Assembly: GCF_000091665.1 (NCBI RefSeq)
Contig: NC_000909.1
Location: 1,247,459 to 1,279,458 of the forward strand
Length of the DNA stretch: 32,000 nt
Reading direction: 5' to 3'
Origin: Methanocaldococcus jannaschii DSM 2661
Lineage (GTDB): Archaea; AGJL01; Methanococci; Methanococcales; Methanocaldococcaceae
Shown here: positions 18,978 to 27,120 of the stretch, in pieces
Layout: each line of letters opens with the position of its first letter
How positions within the stretch are numbered: position 1 is the first letter of the stretch
Notes under the pieces: model-generated
Databases searched by the model: none
The model's input: the letters and a program-made list of their open reading frames with translations, nothing else
Told to the model about the DNA's origin: nothing
Translations under genes and position numbers: made by a program

Positions 18978-19103
18978 ATGAATCTTGGAGCAATAGCAAT
19001 GTTTATATTTGGTGCTGTAATTTTGTGGGGAGGGGCAATTTATTTTTTATGGAGGTCAATTAGGAGTAAAAATAATAGAGATGATGAAAATAGTGAATCC
19101 TAA
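18978..19103 (+). CDS. 41-aa single-TM protein, a likely NSS-transporter small subunit (MetS-like); absent from the ORF track
   Basis: The ATG lies 2 nt after the transporter stop. Sequence MNLGAIAMFIFGAVILWGGAIYFLWRSIRSKNNRDDENSES has one transmembrane helix and a charged tail. Confidence 0.55.
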   Translation: MNLGAIAMFIFGAVILWGGAIYFLWRSIRSKNNRDDENSES

Positions 19104-19113
19104 TCATGCTTTA

Positions 19114-19122
19114 TTTTTTTTT
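19114..19122 (+). terminator. Oligo-T tract (T9), a candidate archaeal terminator for the transporter operon
   Basis: A run of nine T lies 11 nt after the small-ORF stop. Confidence 0.4.
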
Positions 19123-19587
19123 GCATCATTATATATTTATATGGATTCCATAGATATTATATTTTAGAATTTTACTATTAAGGTTTTTATGGGATTTTTA
19201 ATTTTGTTGTTTGGTTAATGGATTGTCTTGTTGAATATGTTTGGATTTTGAAAATAAGAGTATTTAGAATTTATTAATTAGTTCAAAGGATTTTTATTTA
19301 ATTTCTAAGGGTTAGCTGGTTTGATTGTTTAAAATATTTGAGTTTATTGAATTATTCAGATTTTTAAAAATTAGGATTAATTAGGTAAGTAAATAAGATT
19401 TCTCTAACAGACAAGTTAAATTTTTGAATTTAAGGAGATAAAAATACTCTGTTTTAGTAAAGAGATAAAATTTTAAATACTAAAAGGTTTATATTGTAAG
19501 ATGGTTATTTATCCTTAGAAAAATATGGTATAGAAAAGCTTAAATATTAAGAGTGATGAAGTATATTATGTTGTGAATGATTGCCCT
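19123..19587 (+). promoter_or_regulatory. CRISPR leader (AT-rich, non-coding) with a candidate TATA box at 19540-19547
   Basis: About 465 bp with no ORF lies directly upstream of the intact end of the array. TTAAATAT sits about 44 nt before repeat 1. There is also a GAGATAAAA..ATACT direct pair at 19435-19448 and 19462-19481. Confidence 0.55.
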
Positions 19588-20256
19588 GTTAAAATCAGAC
19601 CTCTTGGAGGATGGAAACTTATATTCACTTGTATAATTGTTTTCTATTGCATTCAAAGTTAAAATCAGACCTCTTGGAGGATGGAAACCGCATTCTTTTT
19701 GTATTTTTAACTCTTCTAAAATAGTTAAAATCAGACCTCTTGGAGGATGGAAACAAAGCTGAAATTACTGAGGAAGATACTGAGAAAGTTATAATTAAAA
19801 TAGTTAAAATCAGACCTCTTGGAGGATGGAAACGAAAAAGAGGGTAAATTAACAATCTATAATATTGAGGTTAAAATCAGACCTCTTGGAGGATGGAAAC
19901 GCATTCCATTACCTATATATATACCGTTTATATAGCCGTTTCCATTGTTAAAATCAGACCTCTTGGAGGATGGAAACTTTAATTCTTCAATGCTATTAAC
20001 AGTTTCATCCCTAGTTAAAATCAGACCTCTTGGAGGATGGAAACTGAGTATGGCCTATTGGGATGACAACATACTTAATTAGCCCATTTGTTAAAATCAG
20101 ACCTCTTGGAGGATGGAAATTAAACTCTTTTTTCTTATCTTCTGACAATTGTAAATGTTAAAATCAGACCTCTTGGAGGATGGAAATTATGTGGTTTTAG
20201 AGGATGGGAAGATTGTAGAAAAGGAGTTAAAATCAGACCTCTTGGAGGATGAAAAC
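19588..20256 (+). CRISPR. CRISPR array: 10 copies of the 31-nt repeat GTTAAAATCAGACCTCTTGGAGGATGGAAAC with 9 spacers
   Basis: Repeat starts are at 19588, 19658, 19724, 19803, 19870, 19947, 20014, 20090, 20157 and 20226. Spacer lengths are 39, 35, 48, 36, 46, 36, 45, 36 and 38 nt. Repeats 8-9 end in T instead of C and repeat 10 has a G-to-A change. The ATGGAAAC 3' end fits a + strand crRNA 5' handle. Confidence 0.97.
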
Positions 20257-20335
20257 TTTAGCATTCATTAAAATAAGACGTATTAGAGAATAAAAAAGCT
20301 TATAACTGGAATTTTTTATAAACAAAATAAAAATA

Positions 20336-20731
20336 TTATACCATTCCAAAAATCTCAAAATATTTTTTCTGTCTAACAACCATCACTGGGATGTTATTTT
20401 CCATTAATTTTTCCTTAAGTTCTTTATCGTTTGTTGCTACTATAACGTTTTCATTTTCCTTTGCATAATTTAAAATTGCTTCATCTGCATAATTGGCAGT
20501 GTAATCAACTAACTTATAGTTTTTTATCTTTGCAAGAGCTAAATTAACAGCCAATTTTTCTTTACCTTTTAAATCTCTACTTTTTAATAACCTTTCCAAC
20601 TCCTCTTTTATTGGAGATAAAATAACAATTTCAAATTTTGTATTTAAAGCCCTCTCTATCTCATAATCAAAGTTTATCTTATGCTTAAAAACGTAAATTA
20701 AAAAGTTGGTATCTGGAACTATTTTATACAT
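20336..20731 (-). CDS. PIN-domain nuclease (Fcf1/VapC-like)
   Basis: Acidic PIN residues occur in PDTNF (D7), IKEELE, ADEAIL and ATNDKELK. The ATG is preceded by GAGGTGA and lies 20 nt after the ago stop. Confidence 0.8.
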   Translation of the reverse strand: MYKIVPDTNFLIYVFKHKINFDYEIERALNTKFEIVILSPIKEELERLLKSRDLKGKEKLAVNLALAKIKNYKLVDYTANYADEAILNYAKENENVIVATNDKELKEKLMENNIPVMVVRQKKYFEIFGMV

Positions 20732-20751
20732 ATCTTAGATTCACCTCTTTT

Positions 20752-22893
20752 TTATATGAAATATAAGAATCCATGCTTTAGCAGTTCTTCATCTATTTTC
20801 CAATTTTTACCAAGTGCTTTAACAAATTTATCTGCATAATGTATTGGTGCTGGAATTCTAAGATATCTACCTTCTCCATATAGTGCAGAATAGTTCATTT
20901 TAGTTAAATCATATAACAATTGCATAATTGATTCATTAATTTTTAACCCTTCTTCATTTCCACAATTAAACCTTAACCAAGTTGATAATTTTACAGGATT
21001 TGAACCAAATGGAGTTTTGTGAGGTAAGAAGATACCATCATTTCCAAATACACTTCCAATTCTATAATCAGACGTAAAAACTTTATATTTATTGTTTTTT
21101 CTAATGCTAATTACTTCAATATTTGAATTTAGTTCTTTAGAGATTTCTTTTAGGTCATTTCTTTCAGAATTCTGAATAAAACCATCTCTTAAGAATAGAA
21201 TATTTTTATTTTCCATATCAATGTTTGCTTTATTTTCTAAATATTCTATTACATACGGCAGATGTAACCGTTCTCCTGGAGCTGGTGTCTCTATTGGCTG
21301 TATTCTTCTTATTTTACCTTCTGAGTCATATACCACAGTGCAACCTCCAACTCTATGATTACCAAAAATTCCCAATCCAGTGTCAAGTCCCATTATGTAA
21401 TCATAAGGTGTCTTAGAATCTAAGATAAAATATTTAATCCCCAATTTTCCCATAATTTGTATAAGTAAATTATTAGTCATATATCCTTTGTCATCTTTCC
21501 TCCAATTTTCCCATAATATATTTTGAGAGATTATTTTTAAATCAAAAAGTTGTTTTTTCAAAATTTCATAATAATCATTATCTTTGTATTTTTCTTTTCC
21601 AATAATTAACGCAAAACATATTTCATCATTAAATTCAGATTTTATTTCTTTTATAATTCCCCTAATGTCATCTGTAGAAAAATATTTCCATCTATTGGCA
21701 TAATTGAATTTTGGCAATTCTGTTTTATTAGCAATTTTGTTATAGTTTCTAAACATTTTATTTACTTTATCTTTAATAGCTTTTAATTCATCCTTGATTT
21801 CCTCATCAATAAGTATGTATGTTAATAAATTTTTGTTCCTTATAATTTCTGGGACATCATATGGGAGATATATTTTTGCATTTTGATTGTAAATCCACGT
21901 AAATAATGTATTTGTTGAATATATTTTGGTAGGATTTTTATTTACATCCTTCACGAGCAATGGAGTATTATTAAATTTCATAAATTCTAATTCTTTAGGT
22001 GTATTATCTATAAATCTAAGTTTTTTTGCTATTTCATTTATAATTTTTCCCTTATTTTCATTAGATAATCTCCAATAACTCTGCAATTCTTTAAGAATAT
22101 AGCTATCTAATTCATCCATATAAAATACAAGATTACAAAATTGTGGAGCAAATGGTTCTAAGATTTCTTCACAATACATAATGGGTTGATTATAATCAAT
22201 CTCCCCAAAAGTAGATTTTACCATATCTTCAGACCATTTGTAATATTTAATTATGTGACTCATTATTTCCTCTATTTTTTGAGGGTTTGGAGCATCAACC
22301 AGTGAAATTGTATATCTTACCTTTGGATTAGGTTTAAAGATAATCTTTTTCCCAACATACTCCTCTAATAGTGCTTTATCTCTATTAACAAAATCCCATA
22401 AGTGTTTTGTAATAGACGCTGTATGTCTAAAGTTTAATATAAGATAATAATCCCCATCATGTTTTTTAACTTCATACTCACAATATGACTCAACTTTTAT
22501 ATTTTCCACTACTTTGTGTTTTCTAATGTTTTTTATAATTCTTGATAATTCTGGCTCTATTTTATGGACAGATTTAAGATATCCCCTAACAAGTTTTTCA
22601 GCTATTTCTGGTTTTACATATTCTAATTTTAATGATTTAATATATTCAATGTCTATTGGGATTTCGTTATTTCCATCTTTGTATTTCAATACTTTATTAT
22701 CAACTTTGTATGGTAAAACAAAACTTTTATCTTTTTTATTAATTATCATGCCACCATAAAAATTAACAAATCTATAAAAATTAAATGCTTCATTAACAAA
22801 ACTTTTAATTCTATAGAAATGCACTTCTTTAGGAATAAATTCTTCTTTTATTTTGTATGCATTTATTTTATATGTAACTTTATTTAAAACCAT
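20752..22893 (-). CDS. ago: Long prokaryotic Argonaute (PIWI-domain nuclease), 713 aa
   Basis: PIWI catalytic tetrad counted in the translation: D504 (GLDTG), E541 (PGERL), D570 (FLRDG) and D688 (HYADKF). The length and sequence match my memory of MjAgo. A GAGGAGGA RBS precedes the ATG. Confidence 0.92.
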   Translation of the reverse strand: MVLNKVTYKINAYKIKEEFIPKEVHFYRIKSFVNEAFNFYRFVNFYGGMIINKKDKSFVLPYKVDNKVLKYKDGNNEIPIDIEYIKSLKLEYVKPEIAEKLVRGYLKSVHKIEPELSRIIKNIRKHKVVENIKVESYCEYEVKKHDGDYYLILNFRHTASITKHLWDFVNRDKALLEEYVGKKIIFKPNPKVRYTISLVDAPNPQKIEEIMSHIIKYYKWSEDMVKSTFGEIDYNQPIMYCEEILEPFAPQFCNLVFYMDELDSYILKELQSYWRLSNENKGKIINEIAKKLRFIDNTPKELEFMKFNNTPLLVKDVNKNPTKIYSTNTLFTWIYNQNAKIYLPYDVPEIIRNKNLLTYILIDEEIKDELKAIKDKVNKMFRNYNKIANKTELPKFNYANRWKYFSTDDIRGIIKEIKSEFNDEICFALIIGKEKYKDNDYYEILKKQLFDLKIISQNILWENWRKDDKGYMTNNLLIQIMGKLGIKYFILDSKTPYDYIMGLDTGLGIFGNHRVGGCTVVYDSEGKIRRIQPIETPAPGERLHLPYVIEYLENKANIDMENKNILFLRDGFIQNSERNDLKEISKELNSNIEVISIRKNNKYKVFTSDYRIGSVFGNDGIFLPHKTPFGSNPVKLSTWLRFNCGNEEGLKINESIMQLLYDLTKMNYSALYGEGRYLRIPAPIHYADKFVKALGKNWKIDEELLKHGFLYFI

Positions 22894-22911
22894 ATTATAT
22901 CCTCCTCATAA

Positions 22912-25900
22912 CTATCCATTAATCTTAACTTTTGAAACATTCCCATCTTTTTTAACATTGATTATCACATCTGCTACATCTTCAAGCTCTCTGTGGTGGG
23001 TTATAATTATCATCTGTGGAATGCTCTTAACCTTCCTAAAGATTTCAGCTAACTTTGCCCTTCTATTTTCATCTAAATATACAGTTGGTTCATCCAATAT
23101 AATGCACTCAACCCTATTTCCAATTAAAGCGTTAGCTATGGCTAATCTTAAAGAGAGAGCTACCGCTATCTGCTCTCCACCGCTTAAATTGTCAATGGTT
23201 AAAACTCCATTTGGAGCATGAACTCTTACTTCAAAATCTTTAGTGAGTTCTACAAAGCTATAAGGCAAGTCAAACTCACTAAATGCTTCATTTAAATATT
23301 TTTGGATTAATGGAACATATTTTTCTCTTAAATATGCTTGAAATCCATTTCTACCAAATATTCTCCTAACCTTGTCTAAATATTCAACAAACTTCGTTAA
23401 TTTCTCTTTTTCTTTCTCTAAATTAGACATTTCTTTTAATCTTGCTTTTAAACTTTCAACATCTTTTTTTAAATATTCAATTCCTGTCTCAATTTCTGTT
23501 TTTTGTTCTCTTACGTTATCAAGTTCTTGTCTCTTATTTTCATAGAGCTCTTTTATTTTTTTATGTTCTTCTTCATTGTAGTTTATTTCATCAAGTTTTT
23601 GGTTAATGTAGGATATTCTTTCTTCTATATCATTAATTTCCTTATTAACCTCTAAAATTTTGTTGTTTAGGTAAATTTCAATATCTTCTTTATTATACTT
23701 CCTCTTAATGTTATCTATTGCTAAAATCTTAGAGTTGCATATATTATAAATCTCTTCAAGCCCATCTTTAATATTTTTAAGCTCTTCTAATTTTTCAGTT
23801 AGACCTAAATATTCCTTATATTTATCAAACTTTAATGACCTCCTATTCTCAATTTCTATAAGTTCTTTTTCCTTATTTTTAAGTTCATTTAATTTGTCTT
23901 TTAATCTGTTTATTTCTCTTTCATCCTCTCTTAATTTGTTCAACTCTTCTCTACATTTTTCTTTATTCCATCCACTTACGATATTTTCAATTTCCTTAAT
24001 TCTATTTCTAATACCTTCCTCATCTACACTATTTAAATAGCTAACAGCTGATAAGTATTGGTTATAAAAGTTTTTAAATTTGTTCAGCTGGCTTTTAATG
24101 TCTTCTAATATCTCATCCACTGGCTTTCCGTTAATTACATAGTTGGATATTTTTTTATTGATTTCATCTAACTGCTCTTTATAATTCTTTAATTTTAATT
24201 CTAATTCTTCAATCTGACTTTGTTTTTCAAGATATAAGGTCTTTAGTGTCTTAAGATTTTCTTCTTTATCAATTTCTTTCTTTAATTTCTCTATATCTTT
24301 TTCAATCTCTCTAATTTTTTTATTTATTTCCTCCAATTCAGTATATTTATTGTTTAGCTGGGTTTTATGTTGATTTATTAATTCCATCTTTTTATTTTCA
24401 TCTATTGGTGTTTTACATAGTGGGCATTTTCCTTCAACTTCTTTAAGTTCATCTAAAATTTTTTTCAGCCTTTTAATTTCACTGTTAATTTCCCCAAGTT
24501 TTTTGTTTAGTTCTATCTTTTCTTTTTGTAGATTTTCAAGAACTTTCTTTTTTTCCTCTATCTCTTTTAATGAATTTTCAATACTTTCAATGTCAATATT
24601 TTTTGTTTCTTCTAAAAGTTTATTAATTCTTGTTTCTAAATCGTTAATATTTTTTTCAATGGATTTTTTCTCCTGAAGCAATGTTATATACTCTAAAGTT
24701 AGTTTATTGTATTCTACAGCCTTTTCTTCTAATTCTAAATACTTCTCATAGTATTCTTTGCACTCTTCACATATTCTTTTATATTTTTCAATTTTTTCAA
24801 TCTCTTCATTTAGATTTTTAAGTTCTTCAAGCAAATCTTTAATAGTTTCCACTCTTTCAATTTCATCTTTTATTTTATTTAATAGAGTATCTAAATTATC
24901 AATATCATCTCTATACTTACTTTTGTTGATGAATTCTTTCAATTTTTCAATGTCTCCTTTTATTATCTCCAACTGCTTTGTTAATTTTAAATAATCTTCA
25001 TAATGACTCTTTAATTCTCTTAATCTGCTCTCAATTTTCCTAATCTCATCAACTAATGATTTATATTTTTCATATTCATCTTTATGTCTATTTAGAGTTT
25101 CTCTTGCTTCAACAACAGTATTTAAATCATATTCTAAAATTTTAAGCTCTTGATTTTTAAGCTCTAAAGCTCTCTTCCTTTCTTCAAGTTTGTTTATGAA
25201 TTTTTCATACAACAACTTTTTATTTTCCCATTCATTAAATAATTTTTCAATATCTTCAAATTCCTTTTTTATTTTATTTAGTTTATCATTAATTTCCATT
25301 AATTTTTTATTTTTTTCTTCTAATTGGCTCATTTTATTTTTTAATTCTTTTTCATAATTTTCTTTGTAATTCAACTCTCCTTCAATTCTTTCTAATCTTT
25401 TTTCATATTCCTTAACAATCTCCCCCATTTTTTGATAGCATTTTTCAAACTCATCTATTCCCAAAAGTTTCGCAACTGTTTCCAATTTTTCGGAGGGTTT
25501 TAAACTCAAAAATTTAGCTATCTCCCCCTGTTTAATATATATGGAGTTTAAGAACATATTTCTATCAACGCCTAAGATTTCATTTACTGCTTTATTAACT
25601 GCACTAATTGTAGTAGCGTAAGGCTTTCCATTCTTATAGAGCTTAGCTCCCCCTCTTCCAGAATCATATTCTCTGATAATTTTGTAGTTGTTTCCATTGA
25701 CTTCAAAATCCAATTCAACATAAACGGATTTTTTTCCTTTGGTTATTATTGTGTCGTAATTAAAATTACTGCCTGCCCCAAACAAGGCAAAGAACACTGC
25801 TTCAAAGATAGATGATTTTCCACTTCCATTCTCTCCAATAATTGCAACAATCCCTTTTTCAAACTTAATTCTTGAATTCACATGACTTTTAAAGTTATTC

Positions 25901-25929
25901 ATCCTTATTTCTTTTAGTATCATACTCAT
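22912..25929 (-). CDS. rad50: DNA double-strand break repair ATPase Rad50
   Basis: Walker A GENGSGKSS, a long coiled coil with the CPLC zinc hook, signature LSGGEQ, Walker B IILDEPT and an ITHH H-loop. Confidence 0.95.
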   Translation of the reverse strand: MSMILKEIRMNNFKSHVNSRIKFEKGIVAIIGENGSGKSSIFEAVFFALFGAGSNFNYDTIITKGKKSVYVELDFEVNGNNYKIIREYDSGRGGAKLYKNGKPYATTISAVNKAVNEILGVDRNMFLNSIYIKQGEIAKFLSLKPSEKLETVAKLLGIDEFEKCYQKMGEIVKEYEKRLERIEGELNYKENYEKELKNKMSQLEEKNKKLMEINDKLNKIKKEFEDIEKLFNEWENKKLLYEKFINKLEERKRALELKNQELKILEYDLNTVVEARETLNRHKDEYEKYKSLVDEIRKIESRLRELKSHYEDYLKLTKQLEIIKGDIEKLKEFINKSKYRDDIDNLDTLLNKIKDEIERVETIKDLLEELKNLNEEIEKIEKYKRICEECKEYYEKYLELEEKAVEYNKLTLEYITLLQEKKSIEKNINDLETRINKLLEETKNIDIESIENSLKEIEEKKKVLENLQKEKIELNKKLGEINSEIKRLKKILDELKEVEGKCPLCKTPIDENKKMELINQHKTQLNNKYTELEEINKKIREIEKDIEKLKKEIDKEENLKTLKTLYLEKQSQIEELELKLKNYKEQLDEINKKISNYVINGKPVDEILEDIKSQLNKFKNFYNQYLSAVSYLNSVDEEGIRNRIKEIENIVSGWNKEKCREELNKLREDEREINRLKDKLNELKNKEKELIEIENRRSLKFDKYKEYLGLTEKLEELKNIKDGLEEIYNICNSKILAIDNIKRKYNKEDIEIYLNNKILEVNKEINDIEERISYINQKLDEINYNEEEHKKIKELYENKRQELDNVREQKTEIETGIEYLKKDVESLKARLKEMSNLEKEKEKLTKFVEYLDKVRRIFGRNGFQAYLREKYVPLIQKYLNEAFSEFDLPYSFVELTKDFEVRVHAPNGVLTIDNLSGGEQIAVALSLRLAIANALIGNRVECIILDEPTVYLDENRRAKLAEIFRKVKSIPQMIIITHHRELEDVADVIINVKKDGNVSKVKING

Positions 25930-27026
25930 CCCCTAAATTTAGTGTTGTAATATTCATCCAATAACTCTTTCCAATTTTCATTATTTAATAGAGCTTTATA
26001 TAAACTTAAAACTAAATCCCCATCAATTCCCTGCCTATTTGCATAATCCACTAAAAGCTCTTTAATGTTTAGTGACTCAATATCAACATTATCTGGCATG
26101 TCTATAAATTCGTCATCTACTATAATAGCTTTATTAATTAGAATTTTATCCTTTAAAGTGTCAAACCATGGTTTAAATTCTCTCTTAATTTTTCCAAAAA
26201 CAACTGGCTTATTTTTACATCTTTCAATTTTATTCACTGCCTCATTAAAAGATTTCTTATCTTTAATATTTACCTCTACAAATTCTCTGCATTCAATATC
26301 AATTTTTTCTATATCAGAGATATCCAAATCATTTCCACTAAAATCAACTAAGTAAAATCCTTTTCCTTCTTTTTTATAGTCCTCATATTCATTTCTATAA
26401 ATAATTTCTGTTGAACCACTGTAAGCTAAAATTCCATCATTAAACCTCTCTAAAATCCTCTTGTGAATATGTCCCAACGCATAGTAGGAAAATTTTGGTA
26501 AATCAAAATGTTCAAGTTCATAGTCAAGTGGAATATATGGATTTATTCCCTGATGAAGCATCAATATCTTTTTTTTATAGTTTTTAGCTTCTGATTCAAA
26601 ATTTTTTAATTTATCTAACATCTCCTCTCTTTTGCTCTTTTTGTGATAATAAGTCCCACAGATAAATATCTCTTCCCCATTTACATTTATAACATCTTTT
26701 CCATCTAAAATTTTAACGTAATCTTTTAGTAAGGCTAATGGAGATTCCTCCCCTAACCTTCTTGGCATTTCATGGTTTCCTGCAACAATATAAACCTTTA
26801 TATTATTTTCATGTAATTTTTTAAACGCCTGCATAGCTATTCTTAAAGCTTTTACTGGAGGTCTCAAATCGTTAAATAAATCACCACTATGTAAAACAAC
26901 ATCTGGCTTTATCTCTAAAATCTTTTTTATACATAATTTAAATGAGTCGTAAATATCTTTTTCCCTATCATCCAAGTTATACTGTCTATAACCTAAGTGA
27001 TTATCAGCTATATGAACGAACATCAT
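25926..27026 (-). CDS. mre11: DNA double-strand break repair nuclease Mre11
   Basis: Phosphoesterase motifs HIADNHLG, HSGDLF, GNHE, LHQG and GHIH. The stop overlaps the rad50 ATG (ATGA at 25926-25929). Confidence 0.95.
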   Translation of the reverse strand: MMFVHIADNHLGYRQYNLDDREKDIYDSFKLCIKKILEIKPDVVLHSGDLFNDLRPPVKALRIAMQAFKKLHENNIKVYIVAGNHEMPRRLGEESPLALLKDYVKILDGKDVINVNGEEIFICGTYYHKKSKREEMLDKLKNFESEAKNYKKKILMLHQGINPYIPLDYELEHFDLPKFSYYALGHIHKRILERFNDGILAYSGSTEIIYRNEYEDYKKEGKGFYLVDFSGNDLDISDIEKIDIECREFVEVNIKDKKSFNEAVNKIERCKNKPVVFGKIKREFKPWFDTLKDKILINKAIIVDDEFIDMPDNVDIESLNIKELLVDYANRQGIDGDLVLSLYKALLNNENWKELLDEYYNTKFRG

Positions 27027-27120
27027 ATACTATCCCTCAAATTTTTATTTTGTGATAGAATAATTAATGCATAAAATTTAAATATGTTAAACCTACAGTT
27101 TTTATATTTATGGTGATAAC

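Noticed and set aside
19081-19125. ATGATGA C-box-like string
   Set aside because: It lies inside the small membrane ORF, with no D or D' box downstream.
19625-19855. 76-aa ORF on the minus strand
   Set aside because: It lies entirely inside the CRISPR array. Its repeated peptide segments ([10 protein letters not shown] twice) are just translated repeats.
22853-23221. 122-aa + strand ORF spanning the ago/rad50 junction, and similar antisense ORFs at 24758-24994 and 26065-26355
   Set aside because: They are antisense to well-supported rad50, mre11 and ago genes. Their composition is low-complexity and rich in S, L, F and I, as expected from the complement of K/E-rich coding sequence.
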